Counted from the stretch's first letter, positions 31,497-41,122 are shown. The stretch: DNA of 64,000 nt from Promethearchaeota archaeon (GCA_048940925.1 JBHLOC010000004.1:1-64000); one strand, 5' to 3'. Program-made: numbers and translations. Notes: generated by a model not told the origin, from the letters alone.

Positions 31497-32642
31497 ATTT
31501 CAGTCAACGGGGATTTTTTAAATAAACGACCTATTGTTTTAGATAATGGAACAGGAATCTCAAAAAATGGCTTTGGTGGAGAAGATCAACCGCGATCTGT
31601 ATTTCCTACCGTAATAGGAAAACCCAAATATGGAAATATAATGCCTGAGGTTAAAGATTATTCCCGGGAATGGTATATAGGACAAGAAGCAATGGAACTT
31701 AAAGGAATTATGAATTTACAATTTCCTATTGAGCACGGAGTTGTTGATGATTGGCCTGCTATGGAAAGAATCTGGCATTATACATTTTATACAGATTTAA
31801 GAATAGATCCCTCTGAATTTCCTATATTATTAACTGAAGCACCATTAAATCCACGATTAAACAGAGAGAAAATGGCGCAGATTATGTTCGAGACTTTCAA
31901 TGTTCCAGCGTTATATGTTGCAACTCAAGCAGTTTTATCGCTCTATGCTTCTGGACGTACAACTGGTTGTGTTGTAGATATTGGAGATGGTGTATCTCAC
32001 ATAGTACCAATTTTTGAAGGATTTACATTAAGTCATGCAATTGAGAGAATTGATCTTGCTGGACGAGATGTTACAACATATTTACAGAGATTGTTACGAC
32101 AAAATGGACACTCATTTACTACATCTGCAGAAAAGGAAATCGTAAGAGATATTAAAGAAAAGCTTTGTTATGTAGCTTTAGATCCTGAGAAAGAGCTATT
32201 ACTTTCAAAACGAATAGCAGGTATGGAAAAAAGCTATATGCTTCCTGATGGAGAAACTATAAATATAGGAATAGAGAGATTTTTAGCACCAGAGAGCATA
32301 TTTAATCCATCAGTATTAGGCAAGGAATTAGACTCATTAGATGATGTTATTGTAGAAGCTATTACTGCTTGTGATGTAGACCTAAGGAGAGATCTCTACA
32401 GCAATATTGTACTCTCAGGGGGATCAACAATGTTTCCTGGTATTAGAGAACGATTGACTCGAGAAATAAAAGAACAGATACCTGATTCCATTGATGTTAA
32501 AATTATCGCTCCACCGGAAAGAATGTATTCGGTTTGGATAGGAGGCTCTATTCTTGCTTCGCTAAAGACATTTCACCGCATGTGGATCACCCGTAGAGAT
32601 TATAAGGAGCTAGGACCTCAAGTAATTCATCGATGTTTTTAA
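31497..32642 (+). CDS. lokiactin-type actin; start extended to a non-canonical ATT
   Basis: In-frame [25 protein letters not shown] upstream of ATG 31641; [67 protein letters not shown]. Confidence 0.95.
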   Translation: MSVNGDFLNKRPIVLDNGTGISKNGFGGEDQPRSVFPTVIGKPKYGNIMPEVKDYSREWYIGQEAMELKGIMNLQFPIEHGVVDDWPAMERIWHYTFYTDLRIDPSEFPILLTEAPLNPRLNREKMAQIMFETFNVPALYVATQAVLSLYASGRTTGCVVDIGDGVSHIVPIFEGFTLSHAIERIDLAGRDVTTYLQRLLRQNGHSFTTSAEKEIVRDIKEKLCYVALDPEKELLLSKRIAGMEKSYMLPDGETINIGIERFLAPESIFNPSVLGKELDSLDDVIVEAITACDVDLRRDLYSNIVLSGGSTMFPGIRERLTREIKEQIPDSIDVKIIAPPERMYSVWIGGSILASLKTFHRMWITRRDYKELGPQVIHRCF

Positions 32643-32663
32643 GTCTTCCTTTAAAAAACTAAG

Positions 32664-32879
32664 GTGGTGAAAAATATGATAAAAATAGTAATGATTGATG
32701 GAATTCCCTACATATTTATAGAAGAAGGGATTATTGAATTCAGTTCCAAATCACTTACAATAGAAAAAGATCATAATAAGAAGAAAGATTTTACATATTT
32801 TCAGAGACAAAAGGAAGCGCAATTTATGAAGAATTTATTGAAGGAATTAAAAAGAAATTTTATGAATAAGAAGCAATAG
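32664..32879 (+). CDS. small hypothetical protein co-transcribed with actin
   Basis: 71-aa ORF 21 nt after the actin stop; GGTG SD-like motif (ATG 32676 is a likely start). Confidence 0.6.
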   Translation: MVKNMIKIVMIDGIPYIFIEEGIIEFSSKSLTIEKDHNKKKDFTYFQRQKEAQFMKNLLKELKRNFMNKKQ

Positions 32880-32968
32880 GGTGAAATTAAATTTTAAATA
32901 ATTTTTATTTTTCATTAAATAATCAAAAAATTAAGTCATGAATGGATTGTTTTTCATAAAGATTTTTA

Positions 32969-34219
32969 TTGGTTGATAAAGTGGAAAAATTGAGAAATTT
33001 TCTTGAAGAGTATTTTCAACAGGATTCTAAGATAAAGTCATATGTTTTAATTGAAGAAAAAAATAAAATCGTAGATTCATCAGGCAGCTCGGATTTAATA
33101 GATGATTTAGAAGACATAAATTCAGCTTGGAGTAAAAAGGATACTAGGGAGTTAACACTTTCTGGTATAAAATATGTAATATTACAATCTTCCTTGAATG
33201 TATTCATCGCAATTACTCCCGACAAGCAAGGGAGCATCATTGGAGTGAAAGATGAAGAACGGAAGATTTTTTATAAAATTGCTCCTGAGGGGTTAATTCT
33301 TCATAGTTTAAAAGAAGCATCAAACACTTTAAGCGAATTAAGTACAAAAGCTCCCTATATGAGTCCTGAAGATGATTTAGGCAAAACTGAACGTTTAAAG
33401 TGGGCAACTCCAAGGATACTGCTTGATGATACAAACAATTTACAAGAATTAGGTTTACTAAAGTTTGGGTTAAGTATTGAGGAAGCTAAAGTATATTTAG
33501 CCTTATTAGATAGGGGGAAGGAGGGCGCTAGTGTTGGGGAATTAAATGAAGATTTAGCTATTAAAAGAACTACAATTTATCGTATTATTGATCGTTTAAT
33601 TAGTAAAGAGTGGGCGGTGAAGTTACCATTAGTGCCTAAAAGTGCCCAAAATTATATAGCGAGACCATTAAATGACATTTTAGACGAGAGAATCCAACAA
33701 AAGGATGAGGAATTAAAAATCTTAAAAAGCTTCCGTTATATTATGGGGGATTCAAGCGAGAATGGATGGATAATTTTATCTGATATAAAAAAAGATTTAC
33801 AAACTTATAGTCAAGAAACTTTTGATTTTAAAACACTCGGAATTACAGGGGTTGAAAAGGATTGTGGTCTTCTCATTTTTGAATATGATAAAGAAATTAA
33901 AGAAAAAATTATTATTAGAGCCGCATTACAACTTTCTTTGGAAAAAATGAGGGAATTAATACAACCAGATCTCGATGAAAAAGATTTGACTATTCCTGAT
34001 TTGGAAGACATCAAAACAGAGGATACACAAATCAAGGATTATTTAGGCATGATCTTGTACTTCAAGTTTAAAGAAGGAACTGAGACTGCAAACAATATAG
34101 GTACGGATTGGATTGTAGCAGCTAGGCATGTTGCAGTCCCTATAGAGAATAAGATCTATGTGGTTTGGGGTTCGGAAGAAAAATTTCCAATTTTATTGAG
34201 TTTTATATTAAAACTTTAA
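32969..34219 (+). CDS. profilin-like domain fused to a TrmB-family HTH regulator
   Basis: N-terminal LTLSGIKYVILQS…QGSIIGVKDEERKIFYKIAP resembles Asgard profilins; central LLKFGLSIEEAKVYLALL…RTTIYRIIDRL…YIARP is a TrmB wHTH. Confidence 0.8.
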   Translation: MVDKVEKLRNFLEEYFQQDSKIKSYVLIEEKNKIVDSSGSSDLIDDLEDINSAWSKKDTRELTLSGIKYVILQSSLNVFIAITPDKQGSIIGVKDEERKIFYKIAPEGLILHSLKEASNTLSELSTKAPYMSPEDDLGKTERLKWATPRILLDDTNNLQELGLLKFGLSIEEAKVYLALLDRGKEGASVGELNEDLAIKRTTIYRIIDRLISKEWAVKLPLVPKSAQNYIARPLNDILDERIQQKDEELKILKSFRYIMGDSSENGWIILSDIKKDLQTYSQETFDFKTLGITGVEKDCGLLIFEYDKEIKEKIIIRAALQLSLEKMRELIQPDLDEKDLTIPDLEDIKTEDTQIKDYLGMILYFKFKEGTETANNIGTDWIVAARHVAVPIENKIYVVWGSEEKFPILLSFILKL

Positions 34220-34229
34220 AGTTTTCATA

Positions 34230-34778
34230 ATGACAGCGCAAATACCAGATGAATTTATGTTAAATGGTGAATCTTTTTCACTAGTAGGTTTAAAAGGCAC
34301 AGGATTATTTAAACCAGAGGATTTTGGAATAATACCGTATTTTAGTTGTACAGCTTGTTGGCGAGGATACGTTATGAAGTATGTATTTACGGAAAAACAG
34401 TTAATTATGGATGAATTGCTAGTAAATATCAATGATCCTCCAAAAATCAATGGAGTTGAAGCTCAAGATGGGAATGATCTTTTTAAATATAATTATAAAA
34501 ATTTGAATCTTAAATCAAAGTTTACAGGGAGTGTTCTTCTCGCAAAAGACTTTATACAATCTATGTACGTGCATATGGGTTTTCAGAGACCAATGGCTTT
34601 TAAGACAGTTGTTGAAATCCATATTGAAAATGGAGACATCATCTCATTAAAAGATCTTTCTAGACAGATGGAGGAACAAAGGAAAAGGGATCTTTATAAG
34701 GGAGCACAGCCTGAATCTAATTCTAAAAAAGATATTGAGAAATGGGTTAAAAAAACCTTTTCTCTTGATTATGAGTGA
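34230..34778 (+). CDS. conserved hypothetical protein
   Basis: MTAQIPD, CTACWRGY, FTG..LLA, YVHMGF motifs. Confidence 0.75.
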   Translation: MTAQIPDEFMLNGESFSLVGLKGTGLFKPEDFGIIPYFSCTACWRGYVMKYVFTEKQLIMDELLVNINDPPKINGVEAQDGNDLFKYNYKNLNLKSKFTGSVLLAKDFIQSMYVHMGFQRPMAFKTVVEIHIENGDIISLKDLSRQMEEQRKRDLYKGAQPESNSKKDIEKWVKKTFSLDYE

Positions 34779-35066
34779 TAACAGTCCCAGATTTTAATAA
34801 TATTCTGTTCTTTGTCCTTCTTTTCAGATAACCTGAACAATCCTTTCTTGAAAGTCAGCACTGTCTGTGATACTTATTATGATGGATGTCCTCAGAACAT
34901 CAAACTTATTGAGATCTTAACAGTTCACGATTAGGTTTATTATTGAAATTATTATTAAGAAATTCAAAAATATTTATATAATGCTATAAACAAGAAGAAA
35001 TTAAATTAAATTTTCCAGCAATACAATATATTATATAAATAATCTATAAATTAAAGTGGAAAAATC

Positions 35067-35522
35067 TTGGTAGATTTTAGAAAAGATACATGGTTATATG
35101 CCTTAATCGCCTCTATACTTGCTATAATATCACTCTTTACTCCTGCACGTATCATACATGCTGGCGGAGAGTACGGGGACATGATAGCTTGGTTAGGTGG
35201 TGGTATAATGTTAGAAATTGATTCGGGAACTTGGCATGAGGATTTATTTAGTCAGCTTCTATTTGGTGCTACTTTAATTTCAATAACATTACTTCTTATA
35301 ATCTCAATTAATTCTTGGAGAGGAAAGGAAATTAAACGGGATTCATTAATCTATTTACTTTCAGGAACTATAATATTAATGTTAACTATATTCTTCTGGA
35401 TCTTTGAATTTGATCCTGATTTTGAGACTATCAGTTTTGCCACAATCGGTATTTTCATTTCTGGTATAATATCTATTCTAGCATTTACAATTGATAGATT
35501 AAGTGCATACAGGAACAAATAA
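35067..35522 (+). CDS. four-TM membrane protein
   Basis: Four hydrophobic helices. Confidence 0.7.
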   Translation: MVDFRKDTWLYALIASILAIISLFTPARIIHAGGEYGDMIAWLGGGIMLEIDSGTWHEDLFSQLLFGATLISITLLLIISINSWRGKEIKRDSLIYLLSGTIILMLTIFFWIFEFDPDFETISFATIGIFISGIISILAFTIDRLSAYRNK

Positions 35523-35627
35523 TCAAATTCTCAATAAATAATTACTATATTTTATTTCTTTTTATATGTTTTCCAATTTTATTTATATATATATTAATAA
35601 AACTATGTTTCCTATAATTAATGAAAA

Positions 35628-36188
35628 TTGGATATGAATAGAGAAGAGTGGCAAAAGTCGAAGGGAGAAGAAATACTTAGAGAATTTGGTATTAAAGAAG
35701 ACCAAAAAATATTAGATTTTGGATGTGGATCAGGAGTATATTCAATCATTGCTTCGAGAATAGTAGGTAACACAGGGAAAATTTATGCGCTTGATTGTGA
35801 GGAAGCCCCATTAGAAGAGTTATCAAGCAAAATCACAACTCAAAATATTAGTAATATTGAAATCATAAAAACTTCGAAAAAAATATCGATTCCATTGAAA
35901 TCTGATTCTCTAGATGTAGTATTAATGTATGATGTATATCATTTACTTGAAAAGGATGATCGAATCCAATTGTTAGATGAGATACATCGAGTTTTAAAAA
36001 GTAATAATGGGATTCTATCTTATTTTGCTACTCATATAGGTTCTTATGGAATTCAATTAAATAAAGTCCAAGAACAAATAAAGAAAGCAGGTTTTGAATT
36101 TATAGAGCAGTTTAAGCGCCCAATGTTTCATTGGACTTGGATTGAGCAAGGTATGATTTTTAAATATAAAAAAATAGGAAAAAAATAA
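35628..36188 (+). CDS. class I SAM-dependent methyltransferase
   Basis: ILDFGCGSG, YALD, DVVLMYDVYH, RVLK. Confidence 0.9.
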   Translation: MDMNREEWQKSKGEEILREFGIKEDQKILDFGCGSGVYSIIASRIVGNTGKIYALDCEEAPLEELSSKITTQNISNIEIIKTSKKISIPLKSDSLDVVLMYDVYHLLEKDDRIQLLDEIHRVLKSNNGILSYFATHIGSYGIQLNKVQEQIKKAGFEFIEQFKRPMFHWTWIEQGMIFKYKKIGKK

Positions 36189-36190
36189 AA

Positions 36191-36961
36191 TTATTTTCTC
36201 GCTGTAAATATTCCGAATCCTGTGATATTCTCATATCTTATATTTTTGAAATTGTATTTATTTAATAATTTTTCCCAGTGCTCTTTATTCCTGAAAGCAA
36301 AGCAACACAAGCCACTAAATGCTACTAATTGCCATGACGTTCGATTCCATTCACTCAAGTAAAGATATCCATCAGGCTTTAAAACGCGATAAATCTCTTG
36401 CAGTGCTTTATCTTGACCGTTTGGTTCATGCACTTCATGAAGTACTGAAGAAACATTAACAATATCAAATGTATTTTTTTCAAAAGGGATGTTAGAAGCA
36501 GAACCATATTGAAAAGTAGTTCTGTCTTCAACTTTTTCAATTCTAGCATTATTTTGTACCTTATCTAAAGCATTACCCGGAATTGCTAGTTTTGAATAAA
36601 TATCAATACCGTATAAAAGTCCTCCTTTCTTTAATTCTTTAGCAATTCTAATCGCTGTTCTTCCAGTTCCACATCCTACGTCTAAAATCTGGGGATTATC
36701 AATTTCTTCTAATGCTTTCATTCTAGCAATTAAATCTATTTTTGGCATTTTTCGTAATAACAATATATGCATCGTAATCATTCCAATACCTGGCCATAAA
36801 AATACCAAAACGATAGCTAAACCCGAAATAATAAAAATTATTTGCACTACTCCATCTATTAAGAATCCATAAATAAAAACAGATAAACCTATTAATCCTA
36901 TGATATTGAATCCAATAATTAGATTCTTCACATACCATCCATATTTAGGTTTTGCTTCCAT
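36191..36961 (-). CDS. membrane-anchored class I SAM methyltransferase
   Basis: Two N-terminal TMs, ILDVGCGTG, IPF…FDIV…LHE, RVLKPDG. Confidence 0.9.
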   Translation of the reverse strand: MEAKPKYGWYVKNLIIGFNIIGLIGLSVFIYGFLIDGVVQIIFIISGLAIVLVFLWPGIGMITMHILLLRKMPKIDLIARMKALEEIDNPQILDVGCGTGRTAIRIAKELKKGGLLYGIDIYSKLAIPGNALDKVQNNARIEKVEDRTTFQYGSASNIPFEKNTFDIVNVSSVLHEVHEPNGQDKALQEIYRVLKPDGYLYLSEWNRTSWQLVAFSGLCCFAFRNKEHWEKLLNKYNFKNIRYENITGFGIFTARK

Positions 36962-36973
36962 CTTTATTTCGAC

Positions 36974-37507
36974 CTAGATTTTAATAAAATTATATTGTTT
37001 ATCAATCACTTCAGTCAATTTGAAAAGTCCTTTGGATGTGATCAGATTTATTATTTCATCTTCATTCATATGATGATCATCAAATGAAAGGATTGAATTT
37101 AGCTTTAAAACTCGATAAAATTCTTTTAATATATTAAATTTATTAGAGATGTCATGAAGTACATCAAAACAAATAATTTTATCAATACTTTCATTATCTA
37201 ATCCAGTAGCACAGTCTGTCTGAATTGTTTCAATATTAGTATAACCCATTCTTTCAGCTTTTTTTTTAATCTTTTCTAATGCCAATGGATGAATATCTGC
37301 AGCAAAAACTTTCCCATTTGGTCCTAATTCCTCAACTGCAGCTATTGTATAACTTCCTGATCCACACCCATAATCTAAGATTATATCTCCTAGTTTTATA
37401 TTAGCTTTTCTAATCTTATTTACAGGAGGGTAAAACTTATCACGAATTTTGAAAAAAAATGACATAAATCTAAAATCGATATTTGATTGTTTTTTATTCT
37501 TCTTCAT
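36974..37507 (-). CDS. class I SAM-dependent methyltransferase
   Basis: ILDYGCGSG, ADIHP, FDVLHD, RVLK. Confidence 0.9.
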   Translation of the reverse strand: MKKNKKQSNIDFRFMSFFFKIRDKFYPPVNKIRKANIKLGDIILDYGCGSGSYTIAAVEELGPNGKVFAADIHPLALEKIKKKAERMGYTNIETIQTDCATGLDNESIDKIICFDVLHDISNKFNILKEFYRVLKLNSILSFDDHHMNEDEIINLITSKGLFKLTEVIDKQYNFIKI

Positions 37508-37952
37508 TTAAATCACCTCTATTATTTTCCTGGACATCTTCAAAACTTCCCCCAAATGCCTGAAACAGCTTGATAGCAAAATTTTTCAGTTTAGTTGATT
37601 TCATAAAGCCAAGTCCTTTTTCAATATCTCCAAAGACGAGGATTAAATCTCCAGAGTTTATTTTAAAAGTCTCTCGAGCATCTTGTGGTATTACAATTTG
37701 TCCCCTCTCACCAACTTTAGCAGTACCAAAATAGTATTCATGTTTTTCTAGTTCTTTTATATCAATTTCTAAATTTTTAGCCAAACCTAAACCTTTATTT
37801 AATTCTCCAAAAATATATACTTCATCTCTAGCTTCAATTTCAAAGATTTCTCTTGCTTTATGGGGAATAACAATTTGACCTCGTTCACCAACCTTTACTG
37901 AGCCAAAAAAGTATTTTCCTTTTTTACCAGGAAATTCAGTTATTTTAATCAC
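37494..37952 (-). CDS. tandem AbrB/SpoVT-domain DNA-binding regulator
   Basis: Two repeats of FG..KVGERGQIVIP..ARE.F.I…D. Confidence 0.9.
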   Translation of the reverse strand: MIKITEFPGKKGKYFFGSVKVGERGQIVIPHKAREIFEIEARDEVYIFGELNKGLGLAKNLEIDIKELEKHEYYFGTAKVGERGQIVIPQDARETFKINSGDLILVFGDIEKGLGFMKSTKLKNFAIKLFQAFGGSFEDVQENNRGDLNEEE

Positions 37953-37970
37953 CTTTTATTATTCATATTG

Positions 37971-38009
37971 ATATGATCATACCAATATGATCATATTAAT
38001 ATGATCATA
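37971..38009. promoter_or_regulatory. three palindromic TATGATCATA operators at 14-bp period
   Basis: ATATGATCATA at 37971, 37985 and 37999, between the minus-strand TATA (38020-38027) and the AbrB gene start. Confidence 0.8.
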
Positions 38010-38041
38010 CGAATCATACTATATAAATATATTGCTTTTCT

Positions 38042-38205
38042 TTATTCAAAAATTTCAATTTCAAGATGATTCTTTGCTTCAATAAAAATAGGACCTTTTG
38101 CAATATATGTAATAGCTAAATGGCAACCTCTTCTAGAAAGAAAAATATCATTTTTGTTAATTCCAAAAGCTCTTAAAGTTCTTTCTGGCAAAATAACACT
38201 CTTAT
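38042..38205 (-). pseudogene. 3' remnant of a paralogue of 40655..41122
   Basis: Translates KSVILPERTLRAFGINKNDIFLSRRGCHLAITYIAKGPIFIEAKNHLEIEIFE*. Confidence 0.85.
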
Positions 38206-38387
38206 ACCTGTCTCTTCAAATATTTCTCTTTTTGCGGTAGTTAAAGTATCCTCTCCTTGCCTTATATGCCCTTTTGGGTATGTCCAGCTCATATTTCGAT
38301 TTTTCACGAGAATTATTTCAGATGTGTGTCATTATTAAATATAATTCCCCCAGCAATATAATCCTGTAAAAAATTGTTTTTATTCAA
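38206..38387 (-). pseudogene. frameshifted, truncated NUDIX hydrolase
   Basis: IAGGIIF (frameshift in an AC run) …WTYPKGHIRQGEDTLTTAKREIFEETG, a complete Nudix box. Confidence 0.85.
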
Positions 38388-38547
38388 CTTGGCAGTTAAG
38401 TAAATTAATTCTTTTAAACTTTTTAACAATTTAATTAAGGATTTCTAATAAAAAAAAGCAAATTAAATATCAGTTAATAAAAAATTATTATATAATTTAG
38501 ATTTCCGAAAAAAATATCAAATTAATTGTAACAAAATTAAAAATAAT

Positions 38548-39834
38548 CTAAATTTGGCTTTCAATTTGAATAAGATTTGAAATTAGGTTGAGTATCGAAT
38601 GTTCTCTAATTTCAAGTGCCTCTAACGCGTTCTTTAATTCTTTGGGATCTTTTATCCATCCCTTAGCATCATCTTTACATAGATGAAAATGATTTGCAAG
38701 ACCTTTTAATACTTGAATATACCAAGAAATCTTATTAATAATATGTAATGGATCACCAATTTTGCCATTATGTGGATTATTTGATAATTCTTGAAGCTCA
38801 TTATAAAGTTCTGATATAGTATCAAGGCAATTATTTACTTTCATTCCACATCTATTCGCAAAAGTGCGATTCATCCATTTCCTTGCTAATAAACCCAGGT
38901 CATTTGTCTCTTGTTGAAGTTTTTCTATAATTGCAATTACTTTTTTTGAGTTTCCAATAGTTTTTGAAATATACCTATTCAATTCATCATTAGGTTTATT
39001 CGTTTGATTATTACTTGTAATTTCATTATATTTAGTTTTAATTAATCCTAGTTTTAAGAGAGGTGAAAAGGGTTCTGCAATTTGGCCATGATATTCTTTA
39101 GCATATACTATAGTATATGCCCAACCAGCTGCACAATGATCTGCTGGCATCAATCCTTCATAACCAGGATTGACTCCCTGGTTTATAAACTCGTTTTCTG
39201 TCATGCCATACTTTGGAGCCAAGATATGACTATATTCGCGTAATCCTGGTGTATCGATCATTCCAGGACCAAATACAAATATAGAAATATTGGTATCTTC
39301 TAATTCAGCTGCTAATGATTTAGCAATTGATGTTAAAGCAGTTTTACTAGCAAAATAGGGTGCCATGTATGGCCATCCTTCCGCAGAAGTGAGAGTATTT
39401 ATTACACCTTCATTTTGTTCAATCATATATGGTAAAAAGGTTTTAATGATATAAATAGCACCTCGAATATTTACGTCATATATTTTATCCCAATCTTCCA
39501 TTGAAATTTCAAGTATAGTGCCTACTGAAGTTGAATATGCGTTATTTATTAAAATATCAACCTTTCCATAATTTTCAATAACTTTTTTCTCTAAATTTTT
39601 TATATCATCTTCATTAGAAACATCCGTTTTTATAAATAAAGCAGTCCCACCTTCTGCCTGAATTAACTCTTCAACATCTTTACCATAATTATTAATTTCA
39701 GCAATAATTACTTTAGCTCCCAACCAAGCTAACGCTCTTGCAAGTTCTTTTCCAATACCTCTACCTGCCCCTGTAATAATAGCAACTTTGTTAGAGAGGG
39801 AATTCCTTGCCAAACCTAATTTTTTAATAAACAT
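38548..39834 (-). CDS. SDR oxidoreductase with long C-terminal helical extension
   Basis: TGAGRGIG, DILINNA, YFASK, PGMIDT. Confidence 0.9.
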   Translation of the reverse strand: MFIKKLGLARNSLSNKVAIITGAGRGIGKELARALAWLGAKVIIAEINNYGKDVEELIQAEGGTALFIKTDVSNEDDIKNLEKKVIENYGKVDILINNAYSTSVGTILEISMEDWDKIYDVNIRGAIYIIKTFLPYMIEQNEGVINTLTSAEGWPYMAPYFASKTALTSIAKSLAAELEDTNISIFVFGPGMIDTPGLREYSHILAPKYGMTENEFINQGVNPGYEGLMPADHCAAGWAYTIVYAKEYHGQIAEPFSPLLKLGLIKTKYNEITSNNQTNKPNDELNRYISKTIGNSKKVIAIIEKLQQETNDLGLLARKWMNRTFANRCGMKVNNCLDTISELYNELQELSNNPHNGKIGDPLHIINKISWYIQVLKGLANHFHLCKDDAKGWIKDPKELKNALEALEIREHSILNLISNLIQIESQI

Positions 39835-39876
39835 CTTATTATCACTTTTTAGTGTTATTAAGATATTATAATCAAA

Positions 39877-39926
39877 ATGACTATTTAAATGTTTGGGTCA
39901 GTGAGTCATTAAGTCATTTAGTCATA
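39877..39926. promoter_or_regulatory. GTCA repeats, likely TetR operator
   Basis: GTCA at 39897, 39905, 39913, 39921 and inverted ATGACT at 39877, in the divergent SDR/TetR promoter. Confidence 0.6.
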
Positions 39927-39937
39927 AATATATAAGT

Positions 39938-40579
39938 ATGAAAATCCTTATTATTATTATCATGCCAAAAGCTTTTACAGCTGAAGAGAGAAATATTATA
40001 AGAAATAGTCTAATTGAAAAAGGTGCAGAATTTTTTGGATCCTATGGCTTAAAAAGGACAAATGTTGAAGATTTAACAAATGCTGTAGGTATCTCAAAAG
40101 GATCTTTCTATTCTTTTTACAATTCTAAAGAAGAACTTTTTTTAGATGTACTAGATCACGTAGAGAAAAAATTTATCAAGGAAATGCAACAACTTTTGAA
40201 AAAAATGAAAAGTAGCCCAAAAGAGACTTTTAAAAAATTTTTAAAATTTCATATGCAAGCACCAAAAGATAATCCAATCATACAACAAGTTGCTGATAAA
40301 AATATTAGAGAATATCTTATCAGAAAATTATATAATAATCCTAAATTACAACGAAAACTTCAAACTTATGAATACATTCCCCAACTTATTGAAATGTGGC
40401 AAAAGCAGGGCATTATGATTAATAAAGATCCTGAAATTTTAGCAGGTATATTAAAATCCATATTTACAATTGGATTAGATGATGAGACTGTTGAATATAT
40501 TGGAAGGAAAAAGTTCCCTGAAATTATTGAGAATCTTTTAGATCTTATTGTAGATTACATGATAATTTCTGATTCTTAG
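39938..40579 (+). CDS. TetR/AcrR family regulator
   Basis: MPKAFT…G.KRTNVEDLT.AVGISKGSFYSFYNSKEELF; ATG 39962 likely. Confidence 0.93.
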   Translation: MKILIIIIMPKAFTAEERNIIRNSLIEKGAEFFGSYGLKRTNVEDLTNAVGISKGSFYSFYNSKEELFLDVLDHVEKKFIKEMQQLLKKMKSSPKETFKKFLKFHMQAPKDNPIIQQVADKNIREYLIRKLYNNPKLQRKLQTYEYIPQLIEMWQKQGIMINKDPEILAGILKSIFTIGLDDETVEYIGRKKFPEIIENLLDLIVDYMIISDS

Positions 40580-40654
40580 TGAATATCTTATAGGGATGCC
40601 AAGATATCACTATTTATCTTTTATTTAATTTAGTTTAATATAATCTGATTAATT

Positions 40655-41122
40655 CTATTCAAAAATTTCAATTTCAGGATGTTTTTTTGCCTCTTCAAAT
40701 ATTGGGCCTTTTGCTATAAATCCGATAGCTAAATGGCTACCTCTCCCAGAAAGTAAAGTATCGTTTTTATTAATCTCAAAAGCCTTTAAAGTTCTTTCTG
40801 GCAAAAATATGCTCTTGTCCTTAAGAATTGTTACCCAACAGTATTTTTTATTGTTTGATTCGATAATCTCACCTTCAGGTATTTTATATTTAGCTAATGA
40901 AGTATTTTTATCTATTAATTCTTTCATGATTGAATTTTTTAAAATTCTCACAGAACTTAATCCAAATCCCCCTGAAGTTTTACTTCCTGAAAATAAGATA
41001 GCACATTTATCCTGCTTTAAATTATACTCCTCATAAGCTTTGGGGGGAATTTTCACTTTACCTTGATGTCCCACTTTTGACCATCCAAATAGGTATTTTC
41101 CTCCTTTTACAATTTGTGGCAT
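40655..41122 (-). CDS. conserved hypothetical protein, probable tandem AbrB-like fold
   Basis: MPQIVKGGKY.FGWSKVG..G.V.IP…GSKTSGGF…RGSHLA…KGPI. Confidence 0.7.
   Translation of the reverse strand: MPQIVKGGKYLFGWSKVGHQGKVKIPPKAYEEYNLKQDKCAILFSGSKTSGGFGLSSVRILKNSIMKELIDKNTSLAKYKIPEGEIIESNNKKYCWVTILKDKSIFLPERTLKAFEINKNDTLLSGRGSHLAIGFIAKGPIFEEAKKHPEIEIFE

Noticed and set aside
34780-34935. Slightly GC-richer intergenic stretch, possible gene or IS remnant
   Set aside because: No recognisable translation, terminal repeats or stable RNA structure by eye.
35628-37507. Methyltransferases as ArsM arsenite methyltransferases
   Set aside because: The ArsM Cys pattern (e.g. GCG upstream of motif I, SNCV) is not recognisable.
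37971-38009. Short periodic repeats as a mini-CRISPR
   Set aside because: 11-bp repeats with 3-bp gaps, no spacers and no cas genes; fits an operator.
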